Shown here piece after piece: positions 10,439 to 21,700 of a stretch of DNA of 64,000 nt. The position numbers and the translations under genes were made by a program. Origin of the DNA: Candidatus Uhrbacteria bacterium (GTDB taxonomy: Bacteria; Patescibacteriota; Patescibacteriia; UBA9934; GWF2-40-263). Location: NCBI GenBank assembly GCA_016219925.1, contig JACRJU010000013.1, positions 980 to 64,979 on the forward strand, read 5' to 3'. Below the pieces are notes generated by a model. The model did no database searches. It saw only the letters and a list, made by a program, of their open reading frames with translations, and was not told the origin of the DNA. Position 1 is the stretch's first letter, and the number at the start of each line of letters is the position of its first letter.

Positions 10439-10465
10439 CCGACCGCCTGACTGGTCGGTTTTTTT
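10439..10465 (+). terminator. intrinsic terminator
   Basis: CCGACC-loop-GGTCGG followed by T7. Confidence 0.65.
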
Positions 10466-10526
10466 GTTCCCTTGCCCTGTTGCCACCCCCCTTTTTTTCT
10501 GTTATGCTGGAAACGATTTTGACTTT

Positions 10527-11129
10527 ATGCCCAATAGCCTGACTGAAGAACAACTCCAGCAGAGATTTGGACCGATCGCGGGCTCTCTCCTTTTTTTCGT
10601 CTTCGAGGTGGTTCAGATTGTTCTTATTTCCGCTGCGATTATTATCCCGATCCGATACTTTTTGATTCAGCCTTTTTATGTGAAAGGGGCGAGCATGGAA
10701 CCGAATTTTTTCGATCATGAGTATTTGATCATTGATGAACTCTCGTATCGTTTTGGGCATCCAGAGCGCGGCGAGATTGTCGTGTTCCGCTATCCGCGCG
10801 ATCCCTCACAGTTTTTTATCAAACGGGTGATCGGTTTGCCCGAAGAGACGGTGGAAGTGGGAGACGGACATGTGGTCGTCTATACGAAAGAACATCCCAA
10901 TGGAGAGGTGCTCGAGGAACCCTATCTGGACGGGGTGCGAACAGGAGGAACGGTCCGTGCCACCCTTGGGGATGATGAATATTATCTGATGGGAGACAAT
11001 CGAGGGGAAAGTCTGGACTCACGCATCTTTGGCTCGGTGAAACGTTCGGCGATCATCGGACGCGTCTGGTTCCGGGGATTACCGCTTTCGCGTATGAGAA
11101 CCTTTCAAGCTCCATCCTATAATCTCTAA
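10527..11129 (+). CDS. lepB: signal peptidase I
   Basis: PFYVKGASMEPNF (Ser), FIKRVIGLP (Lys), GDNRGESLDSR. Confidence 0.95.
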   Translation: MPNSLTEEQLQQRFGPIAGSLLFFVFEVVQIVLISAAIIIPIRYFLIQPFYVKGASMEPNFFDHEYLIIDELSYRFGHPERGEIVVFRYPRDPSQFFIKRVIGLPEETVEVGDGHVVVYTKEHPNGEVLEEPYLDGVRTGGTVRATLGDDEYYLMGDNRGESLDSRIFGSVKRSAIIGRVWFRGLPLSRMRTFQAPSYNL

Positions 11130-11133
11130 ACGT

Positions 11134-12528
11134 ATGAATCCGAAACAACCAGCACTCAAGAAAACAAAGGAGGTGGAGGTCGTAGACGAGGAGGAGGGGA
11201 AAAAATCTAAGAGCGGACCTGAACTCTTGCGCGGTTTCCGCGACATCTTGCCTGAAGAGCAGGGGCGATGGAGTTTTGTGCGCGATACTGTGCGCAGTCT
11301 TGCGCAAGCGTACACATTTGATCGCATTGATTTGCCGATCCTTGAGCGTTCAGATTTATTCCAACGCACCATTGGAAAGGGAACAGACATTATTGAAAAA
11401 GAAATGTATGTCTTTACCGATCCTTCCAATCGCTCCGTTGCTCTGCGTCCAGAGGCAACCGCTTCAGCCGCGCGCGCATACATTGAACATGGTATGTTGG
11501 ATCGACCCCAGCCGGTGAAACTATGGTACCTCGGCCCCATGTTCCGTCATGACCGTCCGCAAGCCGGCCGCTTCCGCCAGTTCTATCAGGCGGGATTTGA
11601 AGTCTTCGGCGGCGAAGAACCGATTATTGATGCGCAGTTGATTCTTATCGGGAAGAAAATTTTTGAGACGTTGGGTATTGATGTGCAAGTACAGATCAAT
11701 TCCATCGGGACTCCCGAATGTCGCCAAGCATACCTTACTGAACTCGTTTCGTACTTCCGTCAATTCCGCAATAAACTTCCAGACGACGATAAACGACGAT
11801 TGCAAAAAAATCCGTTGCGCATTTTGGACAGCAAAGAAGAAGTGACGCTGGGGCTTTTGGAAGGTGCGCCGCAGATTTTGGACTGGTTGGATGAAAAATC
11901 CAAAGAGCACTTCATGAAGACGCTTGAATTTTTGGATGAGGTGGAGGTGCCTTATGTGCTCAATCCGTATCTCGTGCGCGGTCTGGATTATTACACACAC
12001 ACCGTTTTTGAATTTTTGAGTGCGCAAGACGAAGGTGACAAGGCCCAGACCGCGCTTGGCGGCGGCGGCCGTTATGATGGCCTCGTTGGCCTGTTGGGAG
12101 GCCGGCCAACCCCGGCGTGCGGTTTCGCTTTAGGGATCGATCGTATCGCGCGCGCCCTGGCCGATAAAAACATCAACCCTCCGCCATTCCCGCAACCCCA
12201 AGTGTTTTTCGCACAGCTTGGGGACGCCGCGCGACGCGTAGGCTTGCGTTTGTATGAGGAGTTTCGTGTGGCTGGAGTGCCAGTTGCAGAAGCGGCTGGA
12301 AAAAATGCGCTCAAGTCACAGCTCGAAGTTGCGAATAAACTTGGCGTGAAACTCACGCTCATTCTTGGGCAAAAGGAAGTTCTCGATGGCACGATTATCA
12401 TTCGTGATATGGAGTCCGGCGCGCAAGAAACGATTGATTCTAAAAAGATCGTCTCGATCGTTCAACGCAAACTCGGCGGCGATGCCGGAGTGGTCGCGGC
12501 GACCCACTCGCCTGTTGCAGATAGCTAA
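11134..12528 (+). CDS. hisS: histidine--tRNA ligase
   Basis: LRPEATA, FRHDRPQAGRFRQFYQ, LVRGLDYY, GGGRYDGL. Confidence 0.98.
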   Translation: MNPKQPALKKTKEVEVVDEEEGKKSKSGPELLRGFRDILPEEQGRWSFVRDTVRSLAQAYTFDRIDLPILERSDLFQRTIGKGTDIIEKEMYVFTDPSNRSVALRPEATASAARAYIEHGMLDRPQPVKLWYLGPMFRHDRPQAGRFRQFYQAGFEVFGGEEPIIDAQLILIGKKIFETLGIDVQVQINSIGTPECRQAYLTELVSYFRQFRNKLPDDDKRRLQKNPLRILDSKEEVTLGLLEGAPQILDWLDEKSKEHFMKTLEFLDEVEVPYVLNPYLVRGLDYYTHTVFEFLSAQDEGDKAQTALGGGGRYDGLVGLLGGRPTPACGFALGIDRIARALADKNINPPPFPQPQVFFAQLGDAARRVGLRLYEEFRVAGVPVAEAAGKNALKSQLEVANKLGVKLTLILGQKEVLDGTIIIRDMESGAQETIDSKKIVSIVQRKLGGDAGVVAATHSPVADS

Positions 12529-12598
12529 ACTTGACAAAAGAGGCCTGTTTTGGCACGATGCCATCGCTTAATCCCTAATAATAAGGAGTCGAAAACCT

Positions 12599-12841
12599 GT
12601 GGTAGAAGTGAAACGAAAGAAAACCGAAAGCTTTGAAAGCTTGCTACGCCGATTCAGCCGTCGCTTGCAACAGAGTGGAAACGCTCTTGAAGCGCGCAAG
12701 ATCCGATTCTTCGCGGTTGACCCCAACAAGAATAAACAGCGCGCCAGCGCCCTGCGCCGAAATCAGATTCGCCTCAAGCGCGAATACTTGGAGCGCATCG
12801 GTCAGCTCAAGGATGAGCCCCGCAAAACCGGTCGCCGCTAA
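12599..12841 (+). CDS. rpsU: 30S ribosomal protein S21
   Basis: ESFESLLRRFSR, basic small protein upstream of yqeY; AAGGAG SD; TTGACA promoter at 12531. Confidence 0.85.
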   Translation: MVEVKRKKTESFESLLRRFSRRLQQSGNALEARKIRFFAVDPNKNKQRASALRRNQIRLKREYLERIGQLKDEPRKTGRR

Positions 12842-12865
12842 CGTGTCTGCGTGACACGCCCTGAT

Positions 12866-13618
12866 ATGTCTCTTGCAAACCGCATCAGCGATGACATGAA
12901 GGAGGCCATGAAAACCAAAAACAGCGCAACGCTTTCCACGTTGCGTTTGTTGCGTTCCGCGATGAAGAACAAACAGATCGATGTTCAACATGAATTGTCT
13001 GATGAGGAAATTTTAGCGGTCATCAAAACATCCGTGAAACAACTGCGCGATAGTATCGAATCTTTTGAGAGCGGCGGTCGGCAAGATTTGGCGCAAAGCG
13101 CGCGTGGGGAAGTGATCGTCCTTGAAGCTTACTTGCCTGCACAGCTTACAGATGAACAGCTTGAAAGGATGGTGAAGGAAGCCATCACACAGACGGGGGC
13201 AACCAGTAAACAAGACATGGGCAAGGTGATGGGAGCGGCCGTCAAGGCGGTTTCTGGCGGGGCAGATGGATCGCGCATCAAACAGATAGTCGAAAAATTT
13301 TTGCCGGTTATCGTTTTGGTCGGACTCACAGGTGTGCTGGTCGTTCATCCGGCACAAGCCGCCATTGATATCTTGCCGGTCCAGCTTTCGCAGTATTCCC
13401 TGTTTGAGACACTTGTGCGGATCTTGCGCGTCTTGCTCTTGTGGTTTGGCGTGCTCGCGATCAACATGATTTTACACGGCGGGTTTCTTTACATGGTGTC
13501 TTCCATGCGCGATGAGAACCATGCCAAAGCGTGGACTAAAATTGCAACAGGATTTTTGACTTCCTTGGCAATCGTCTTTTTGTATGGGATTGCGACAATT
13601 GTGATTGAAGTCATGTAG
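12866..13618 (+). CDS. GatB/YqeY domain protein fused to a C-terminal VirB2/TrbC-like pilin domain
   Basis: YqeY motifs (DMKEAMK, LRLLRSA, GRQDLA, YLPAQL, KQDMGKVMG), then a hydrophobic segment ending HPAQA and two TMs with HGGFLYMVS...AKAWTKI. Confidence 0.85.
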   Translation: MSLANRISDDMKEAMKTKNSATLSTLRLLRSAMKNKQIDVQHELSDEEILAVIKTSVKQLRDSIESFESGGRQDLAQSARGEVIVLEAYLPAQLTDEQLERMVKEAITQTGATSKQDMGKVMGAAVKAVSGGADGSRIKQIVEKFLPVIVLVGLTGVLVVHPAQAAIDILPVQLSQYSLFETLVRILRVLLLWFGVLAINMILHGGFLYMVSSMRDENHAKAWTKIATGFLTSLAIVFLYGIATIVIEVM

Positions 13619-13642
13619 AGACCTCTGCCAAACTCGCGATCT
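13618..13642. repeat. solo end of IS5-like MITE
   Basis: AGACCTCTGCCAAACTCGCGATCT matches 15598-15621 with one mismatch. Confidence 0.6.
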
Positions 13643-13759
13643 CGGTAGAAAGAAAGAAGAATAAACCTTCTTTCTTTTTTTTCACTTACGCTATCCACAC
13701 GTCCCTACTCTCGTCACTGCAAATGCGCTAAAATAGGAGCAGACATGCAGTGCATCCGC

Positions 13760-15598
13760 ATGAAATTCAAAAATCGAGCAGCGGCAGCGTTAGGTGTGCT
13801 GTCTTTTTGCGTTCTCGGATTGATCGTTTTAGGACATCCGGCTTTCGCGCAGGATTTCTTGAGTCAGTCTGCGCAGACCTCTGGACTTCCACAGACAGAT
13901 TTGATCGTTGTGATTGCTCGTCTCATTCGGGCGTTTCTCGGAATTCTCGGGATTATTTTTGTCGTTTTGGTTATTTATGCGGGATACCTGTACATGACTT
14001 CTCAAGGTGATCCCACAAAAACAGCAAAAGCCAAAAAAATTATCAGCCAGGCCGTCATTGGCCTTATCATCATCTTGGCTTCCTTCGCGATCGTTTCTTT
14101 TGTCTTGGACGCTCTGTTAAAAAAGCCGAACGGGCAGATTAAGAGTTCACCGCCGGTGGAAAAGTATTATGAGCCGCTTTCCGGCGCCCTTGGGGCCGGT
14201 ATTGTTGAGAGTCATTACCCGCCACGCAACGCGTACGACATTCCGCGTAACACGAAAGTTTTCATCACTTTTAAGGAACCGATTGATCCGGCGTCCTTAA
14301 TCGATGGGTACAAGAAGGCACTCAGTGAAAAAGATCCGAATCAAGCCAAAGTCCTCAACACGACAAACGTGTGGTTGTATGAGACGGCAAAAGGGAAGGA
14401 CAAAAAATTGGCTTCGGTAGCCGTGAATGTCGCCACTAACGAAAAACACACGATTTTCGTTTTTGACCCCGTGGATCTTTTGGGAGATTCGGCGCAAAAC
14501 ACGAACTACACCTTCTCGCTTCAATCGGGGATTAAAAAGGATGATGGGAAAAATGCCTTTACCGGGGTGTATGCTTCCGGTTATGAGTGGACGTTCCAAG
14601 TCTCGACGAAACTTGATCTCACTCCACCGAAGGTAATTTCGGTTATTCCAAAACAGGACGCCAATGAACCCCGTAATACGACCATCGAAATTCAGTTCAA
14701 TGAAGCGATGGATCCAATTGCTTCTGCCGGTTCTTACCTTATCGGTATCGGTAAAGATCCCTTGTTCACCAACATCGCGGTCCTTGGGGCGGGACCAAAA
14801 AATGTGGAGGGGACGTATGAGATTAGTAGCGGATATCAAACGGTAGGGTTTACCACGACTGACGCGTGTGCGAAGGATCCTTGCGGTGACACGATCTATT
14901 GTCTTCCCGGTAATCAAAAATTTAGTGTCACGGCACGCGCGGCCACGCTTGATCCCTCCAGTCCTCCTCAAGCAAAGTTGGAAGGAGTTTCTTATGATGG
15001 ACTTACGGATGCCGCTGGCAACTCCCTTGACGGAAGTGGCGATGGCATCGCCTGTGGCTCGGATCAAGACAAGATCGCCTGCGCGGGTGGCGCGGCCAAC
15101 GACAATTATGCCTGGGGGTTCACCACAACCGCTGAGGTCAATAGCACGGTTCCGCAAGTGACCACGCTGACCCCCAGCGTGGATGGAGAAAATATCGATC
15201 CTAACAAGCCGATCGAGATTGGAGTGAGCACAGCGGTCAAATCATCGAGTGTGAACAGCAACACCGCGTCGCTTTGGCCGGATCCTCTCTATAAAGATAA
15301 ACAAGGGAAGATGTTTGCCATGTGGTTTGATCCTGACGCGGACAATTCAACCGGAAAAGGTTTGATTTCCATTGGACACCCGGCGTTTATCAGCAATGCC
15401 GAGGGAGGGTATGAGTACTATCCGGTTTTGACGCAGGGGATTAAGAGCGCGTATCAGATTTGTTTGTATCCAGCCACCCAACAGGGCGGGGCTTGCAATG
15501 GCGCGGATTCAACACAGCCCTATTGTTGCAACGGGAAGCCCTCGGCTGGTCCGTGCAAGACGAAAAAGGCTAAGGGGATTTTGCCGGGTAACGAATAA
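13760..15598 (+). CDS. VirB2/TrbC-like pilin domain plus Ig-like (Big_5-type) repeats, Cys-rich surface protein
   Basis: Signal HPAFA; IYAGYLYMTSQGDPTKTAKAKKIISQAVIGLII pilin motif; PRNTKVFITFKEPID and PRNTTIEIQFNEAMD Ig repeats (alternative start 13745). Confidence 0.85.
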   Translation: MKFKNRAAAALGVLSFCVLGLIVLGHPAFAQDFLSQSAQTSGLPQTDLIVVIARLIRAFLGILGIIFVVLVIYAGYLYMTSQGDPTKTAKAKKIISQAVIGLIIILASFAIVSFVLDALLKKPNGQIKSSPPVEKYYEPLSGALGAGIVESHYPPRNAYDIPRNTKVFITFKEPIDPASLIDGYKKALSEKDPNQAKVLNTTNVWLYETAKGKDKKLASVAVNVATNEKHTIFVFDPVDLLGDSAQNTNYTFSLQSGIKKDDGKNAFTGVYASGYEWTFQVSTKLDLTPPKVISVIPKQDANEPRNTTIEIQFNEAMDPIASAGSYLIGIGKDPLFTNIAVLGAGPKNVEGTYEISSGYQTVGFTTTDACAKDPCGDTIYCLPGNQKFSVTARAATLDPSSPPQAKLEGVSYDGLTDAAGNSLDGSGDGIACGSDQDKIACAGGAANDNYAWGFTTTAEVNSTVPQVTTLTPSVDGENIDPNKPIEIGVSTAVKSSSVNSNTASLWPDPLYKDKQGKMFAMWFDPDADNSTGKGLISIGHPAFISNAEGGYEYYPVLTQGIKSAYQICLYPATQQGGACNGADSTQPYCCNGKPSAGPCKTKKAKGILPGNE

Positions 15599-15726
15599 GA
15601 CCTCTGCAAAACTCGCGATCTTTGCTCTCACGTGCGCCCGTTGACCCCGCTCTCCCTACGTTTCAGTAGGGTTCGCGGGGATCAACAGCCCGTTTGAGCA
15701 AATCTCATCGAGTTTTGCAGAGGTCT
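15598..15726. mobile_element. MITE-like element with IS5-family-like terminal inverted repeats
   Basis: Perfect 18-bp IR AGACCTCTGCAAAACTCG (15598-15615 and 15709-15726) enclosing an internal hairpin; no transposase. Confidence 0.65.
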
Positions 15727-15738
15727 CAAATACACTGC

Positions 15739-18700
15739 ATGAAGTTTTCTTTTCGATCATTAATTAAAGGATTTCTGCTCGCCCTGGCCGGCGCGGGTGC
15801 GCTCTTGGCGCTTCCCGCTCTTGCTCAGGTTGATCTTGGAGCTCTGAAAGCGTTTGGAGAGGCGGCGGGGTTCAGCACCGGCCCTTCCGTCACGCTTATC
15901 ATCGCCCGACTGATTCGCACCGCGCTTTCGTTCGTCGGGATTGTGGTTGTGATCATGGTTGTTTACGGAGGATTTTTGTACATGACGTCCGGCGGCAATG
16001 CCACACGTCTTGAAAAAGCCAAAAAGATTTTGATTCAAGCGGTCATCGGACTCCTGATCGTCCTTTCCTCGTTTGTGATTGTGCAGTTCATCATTTCTCG
16101 CATGGTGGAAGCAACCGGGGGAGGGGTTTCTTCATCGCAAAGCGGTCCGGGCGACTATCCAGATGGAACCACTCTGACATCGTTTCATCTCTCTTCGGTT
16201 AATACCCAGTGTGCTGCAGCTCTGAATAATTTACAGCTTCAGCTCGTTTTTTCAAAGGACGTAAATCCAGCAACGGTCTCGGCGGCGCTCGGCATCAAAA
16301 AACAAGGGGGCGGACCTGTCGAAGGAACGTTTGTTACAAGCGGCAGTCTCGTAACATTTACCCCATCGACTTCCTGTCCGGCACCGAATCCTCAAGCGAA
16401 ATGTTTTGATCCAAATGCTCAGAGTGCAACTTACAATCTCGTCGTGAATGCCGGTGTCTTGAAATCATCAAGCGGCGCAACGCTGAAGTGTACGACTGAA
16501 TTCCCGTGTTCGTTTACGTTTACCACAGGGACGGGAGTTGATGTGGCGGCTCCGACACTCTTCATGAGCGCTCCGGGCGACGGACAGTCTGTGGCCGCTG
16601 GGACGATTCAAATGTTGCAGGCAAAAACGCAGGATGACACCGGCGTTTCGAGCGTTGATTTTTATGCGGTGAATGACGACAGTCCTCTATTTACGTCTGG
16701 TTTAAATCTCTCGACCGCTGGGACGATTGTTGGTGGCAACCAGAACAATGCGTTTTCCACCGATCCCCAGCTCCAGTGGAATACCGCCGGTTACACCATA
16801 AACAAGAGCTATCCGCTTTGGGCGCGCGCGCTCGATTGCGCGGGTAATGCAACGGTTTCTACCAAAATTTCCGCGATGGTGAGAGGACCTAATTGCGACA
16901 ATGACGTCCAGGACGTTGATTTGGGCGAGACGGGTGTGGATTGTGGAGGCGATCCCGTTTCGGAATTTTATTGCGGAAAGTGTGATGAGCAAACCTGTAC
17001 GCAAAATAATGAGTGCGCTTCGGGTTTGTGTGAAAATGGAGTCTGCGTCAGCAAGCCACGCATTGATCAAGTTTCTCCCGGCGATGGAAAATCGGGGAAC
17101 CTCGTGACGATTTTTGGAGACGGATTTGAGGACGTAGGTGGAACGGTGACGTTTCTTGGAGGCGCGAGCGTGAGCACATCGGCGTATGCGTGCAACGGAA
17201 ATGTTTCTTGGAAAAAGAAGCAGATCGTGGTTCAGGTGCCGGAGGGAGCGCAAGATGGTCCGATTGAAGTAGCGACCGTTGGAGCAAAGAAAAAAACCGA
17301 TCGAACGGATGATGCGTTTGGTCCCCTTTCATCAGATTTTGATATCAACGCCGTTGCCCGTCCTGGATTATGTCTGGTAGATCCCGGCACCGCCAAGCCG
17401 GGAGCGCAGGTCAGCTTTTTCGGGTTAGGTTTTGGGGCCGTTCAGGGAGCTTCGAGCCTCTATTTTAAAGATGTCGTTTCGCCTTCTATTGTTTCTTGGG
17501 CCGATAAGCTCGTCAAAGGGGCTGTTCCAAACATGAATGCCGCTCCGATTACGACGCAGATTTTTTCTGGAACGTATCAGTGTGTGGATGACAAATTGCA
17601 ACAGATCGGCAAAACGTGTCAGCAGGATGAGGAGTGTGGAGAGGGGAACACCTGCGCAAAGAAATGGTGCACGGAAACGCTCGCTTATTGTTCGGACGAT
17701 GTCTCATGCGGGGTGCAAGGAGGCAAATGTCGCAGTGTCCGCGTTGGATCCAATGGTCTCAATTTCGTCGTTGGATCGTCAGCGGGCGACACGGAAAAAC
17801 CGGTGATCACTTATCTGGATTCAGGATGGTCTTCTTGCAACGGTGGGGCCAATAATGGAAAACATTGTGGCACGAAAGCGGATTGTGGTGATGGGGAATG
17901 TAAGGGCGCCCCTAACTGGGGACCTTCCGATCAGTATGTCACCATTTTTGGCACAGGCTTCGGGACGGCTAAGGGTCAAGTTTTCTTTACGAATGCCGCC
18001 GGACAAACCGCTCTTGCCAAAACGAATTTTCCGGAAATCTGTGGCGATGATTTTTGGAAGGATACGAGCGTGACGGTGAAAGTTCCGGACAGTCTTCAGG
18101 CGGGCGGGGCTGTGGACCCGGGAAATTATCAAGTGACGGTCAAAAAAGGGCCGGTCAGTTCCAATGGCGTAGATTTTGTCGTTGTGAAAGATCAACCCGG
18201 CCCGGCGATTTGTCATATTGATCCTCTCTCCGGTCCGGTCACGACGACGAAGGTTCAGGTATTTGGAGAAAATTTGGGAAATGAAAAAGGGGCGATCGCT
18301 TTTTACGATAAACAAAATGCGGATTATCTTTTCTGGAATTCAACGCAAGTGACTGATGCGGTCGTCCCCAAGGAAGCCAAGACCGGTCCTTTGGCCGCTG
18401 TTTCAAAAGTCGGTTATCGGTCCAACCCTGTATCCTTCACCGTTGGAAGTTGTCAGGAAAATGTCTCCTGTCCGGCCAACACGCAGTGCTGCGGGGACGG
18501 TTCCTGCAAAAAATCCTGCAACTTTATCCCGCCTGTTGCCAATTTTGCCTACCGAGTCTCGACAGGTTTGATCCCCAAAGCTCCGCAGATTCTTCCGTTG
18601 TGCAACGATAACGTGAAATCGCCAAGCCCGTGGGAATCGTGGCCAGATTCAAAAACCGTCTGTCGAAATTCGGTTGTTACAGCGACGTTTGATTTGATGA

Positions 18701-21700
18701 TGAATCAGGATTCGCTCAAGAGTCATGTCGCCGTCGAACAGTGCACGGACTTGCAAGCGGATGGATGCAAGGCGTGGCAAGCCGCTGAGGGGAATATGGT
18801 CACAAGTGAGACCACGTTTAACTGGACGCCAAACGTATTGTTTGCGGCCGCGACGCGTTATCGCGTTACAGTTGCCGGGGGAGAGGGCGGTGTGCAGTCG
18901 CACGCGAGTGTCGGCGGGGCGTTTATGGAGGAAGATTACTCGTGGGAGTTTTTAACAGCGCCTGGAGATCAAGTGTGCGATGTGGGTGGGGTGAACGTCA
19001 CGCCTTACACCTTTACGGCTGTCGAGGATGAGCAACAGGTTTCCTATCTGTCTCAACTCGTCGCGTCGGGATATCAGTGCGTGACCATTTCCTGCCAAGG
19101 CCAAAATATCAGTTGGTCATCTAACAAACCGGTTGCGGAAGTGCAACAGCCAAGCGTTGGAGTTGGACAATGCAAAGAGCAGGTGATTGCCCATGAAGAA
19201 ACACAAGGCGATCCGGCCAAAATTAAAGCGACCGTCTTGAATGCGGATCAACAGCCTTTCGATACCGGCGATCTGTTTATCAATTTTACCGATCCGACCG
19301 TTTCGAGTTTCTTCCCGCAATGTGCGACCGCGTGCGTCAATGCCAAACCGTGGGCGCGCTTTGGGGCGAAGATGAATCCAGGGAGTTTTGCTCAAGGAGT
19401 TTTGCTCTATGAGTGTGAAGACGCCATTTGCGGACCAGGTAAAATCAAAGACGCGGGACTCTTAAAGTCAGTGAGTTATGTAGATGACACGCGGACGCTT
19501 TTTGTTGAACTTTCAGGGAAAATGAAACCCGATAAATGGTATCGCGTGGTGTTGAAGGGGACGATATTGAAATCAATTTCTGGGGTTTTTCTGAAAGATT
19601 CGGGTTCTAACTTCGGTTCGGATCAAAACAAATTTTTCCCATCAGATTTTTCCTGGCGTTTTAAGACCAAGGTTTCGGATGTGAGCTGTGGAGTCGATTC
19701 GGTCTCGGTTATTCCCAAGACGACGATTTTGAAAACCATTGGAGCGCGAGAGCAATATCATGCGACGACATACGGCGCACCAGACGACTGTGATGCTTCG
19801 GGACAAGCGCTTCAGGACACGGGGTACACCTGGAAGACTTGGACAGCGGCGGATCTACAACCCGAACTCTTTACGCCAGCCCAAGGAGGCACCTCGCAGG
19901 ATGTGGCGTTCATGCTTAAAAATGGAGCGATTTCTCTTTCAAACAAGATGCCCCTTTGGTGCTCGCCGGTGTGTCTAAACACAGGCAGTCAGATCAATGC
20001 GAAAAAAGCGCTTTGTGGCGATGGGGTCGTCAATGGTCCTGGAAAAATCCCATCGGAAGAGTGTGATGGGGGAGCCTGGTGTTCCAGCAGTTGTTTGCTT
20101 ATCGGGACAAACGCGTGTGCCGCTGGTGTTGCGGCAAGCTGCTGTGGCAATGGGGCGGTAGATCCCGGTGAACAGTGCGACGATGGCGGACATATTCCAG
20201 GCGATGGCTGTTCGGACGTTTGTTTGAATGAAGGTTCGGCTTCGATTGGTTCCGTGTGTGGCGATGGCGTGATCGATTTTGCGCCGGGCACGGGAGGGGA
20301 AGATTGCGACGACGGAAACACGAAAGACGGTGACGGATGCTCATCCAAATGTTTGTTTGAAGGATCGATCGCGAAGGTTGCGGATTTTTCTGTGTGCGGC
20401 AATGGCGGCAATCCCGAAAAAGGAGAAGATTGCGATGATGGAAACAATATCAATGGAGACGGTTGCAGTGCGAGCTGTTTGAATGAAGGAACCGCACAGT
20501 GTGCTTTAGTCTGTTCGGATACGCAGGCAAGTTGTCAAACTAAACTGGACTGCGCAGTTGGAGCGGTTTGTGCTCCGGCGAAAACGCCCTGTTGCGGCAA
20601 TGGCGGCAATCCTGAAAAAGGAGAAGATTGCGACGACGGGAACGCGAAATCCGGTGATGGATGCAAGAGCTCGTGCTTGAAAGAAGGTTCTTCCGTTAAT
20701 TATGTCGTTCCATCTTTCTGTGGGGATGGGAAAAAAGAAACGGGAGAGGAATGTGAAGCGGATGGGAATCTCATTGGTCAAGCCTTTAAGATCGTGGGAT
20801 ATGGAGTCGCACAAGTAGGGAGTAAAGCCGCCAAAGAAGTTTCTCCTGAGGGCTATGCGGTTTCGACGATTACCGCAACCGCAGAGGGGATTCCCGGAAC
20901 AGCGACGCTTCAGGTGGAGTGTTCCTGCAAAACTGACGCTTCGTGCGGTGACACCAGTCTTTATGCCTGTGGCACAAGTGGATGCTGTTATCCGCGTCCG
21001 GATGTGACGGTTTTTGAGCCGTCAGGCAATGGACCTGGGGGTCAGGGATTTTGCCGTAATACCGCCGTACGCGTGAAATTCAATCAACAGATGGATCCGG
21101 TTTCTTTCGGCGCGCTCGATGCCGACGGCAATGGTTCGATTGATCAAAATGAGCTTGCGAATATTCGTTTGGAACTGGTCAGTAACAATGGCAACGACAG
21201 TGAAAATAATGAGAAAAATTGTCCGACCGACTATTTGTTTGCACAAGCGAATTCTTCACAAGAATCTGTGTTGGCGCGATTGTGGCACTGGGTAGAGCGG
21301 ACCGTTCAAGGGTTTTTCGGTCATGAGGCGCAAGCCGGCGATCCGAAAAAATGTGTTGCTCCCATTTCTTATCAAGCGGTCAATGCCAATGACGGACAAT
21401 GGGTGTATCTCACCTTGAATGCCCCTCTGGAAAAAAATTCCACGTATCGCATTCGCGTGGTGGGGGATACGGATCCAAGTGATACCAAGACCCAAGGTGT
21501 GAAAAGCGTGGATGGAGCCGACGCCTGTTTTGGGCCAGGATGTGCGACAGGATACAAGTCAGCCACGTTTAAGACAGGAAACGAAGTATGCTTACTGGAC
21601 GCGGTGACCATCGAAGACGTTGAAAAGATCGGCGCGGCGCCCTATGAGCCTCCAAGTCCAGCCTTCTTCACCAAGCTTAATGAAGAGCATCGATTCCTTT

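Noticed and set aside
20395-20645. Near-identical DNA repeat in the giant gene
   Set aside because: Explained by duplicated [17 protein letters not shown] protein repeats.
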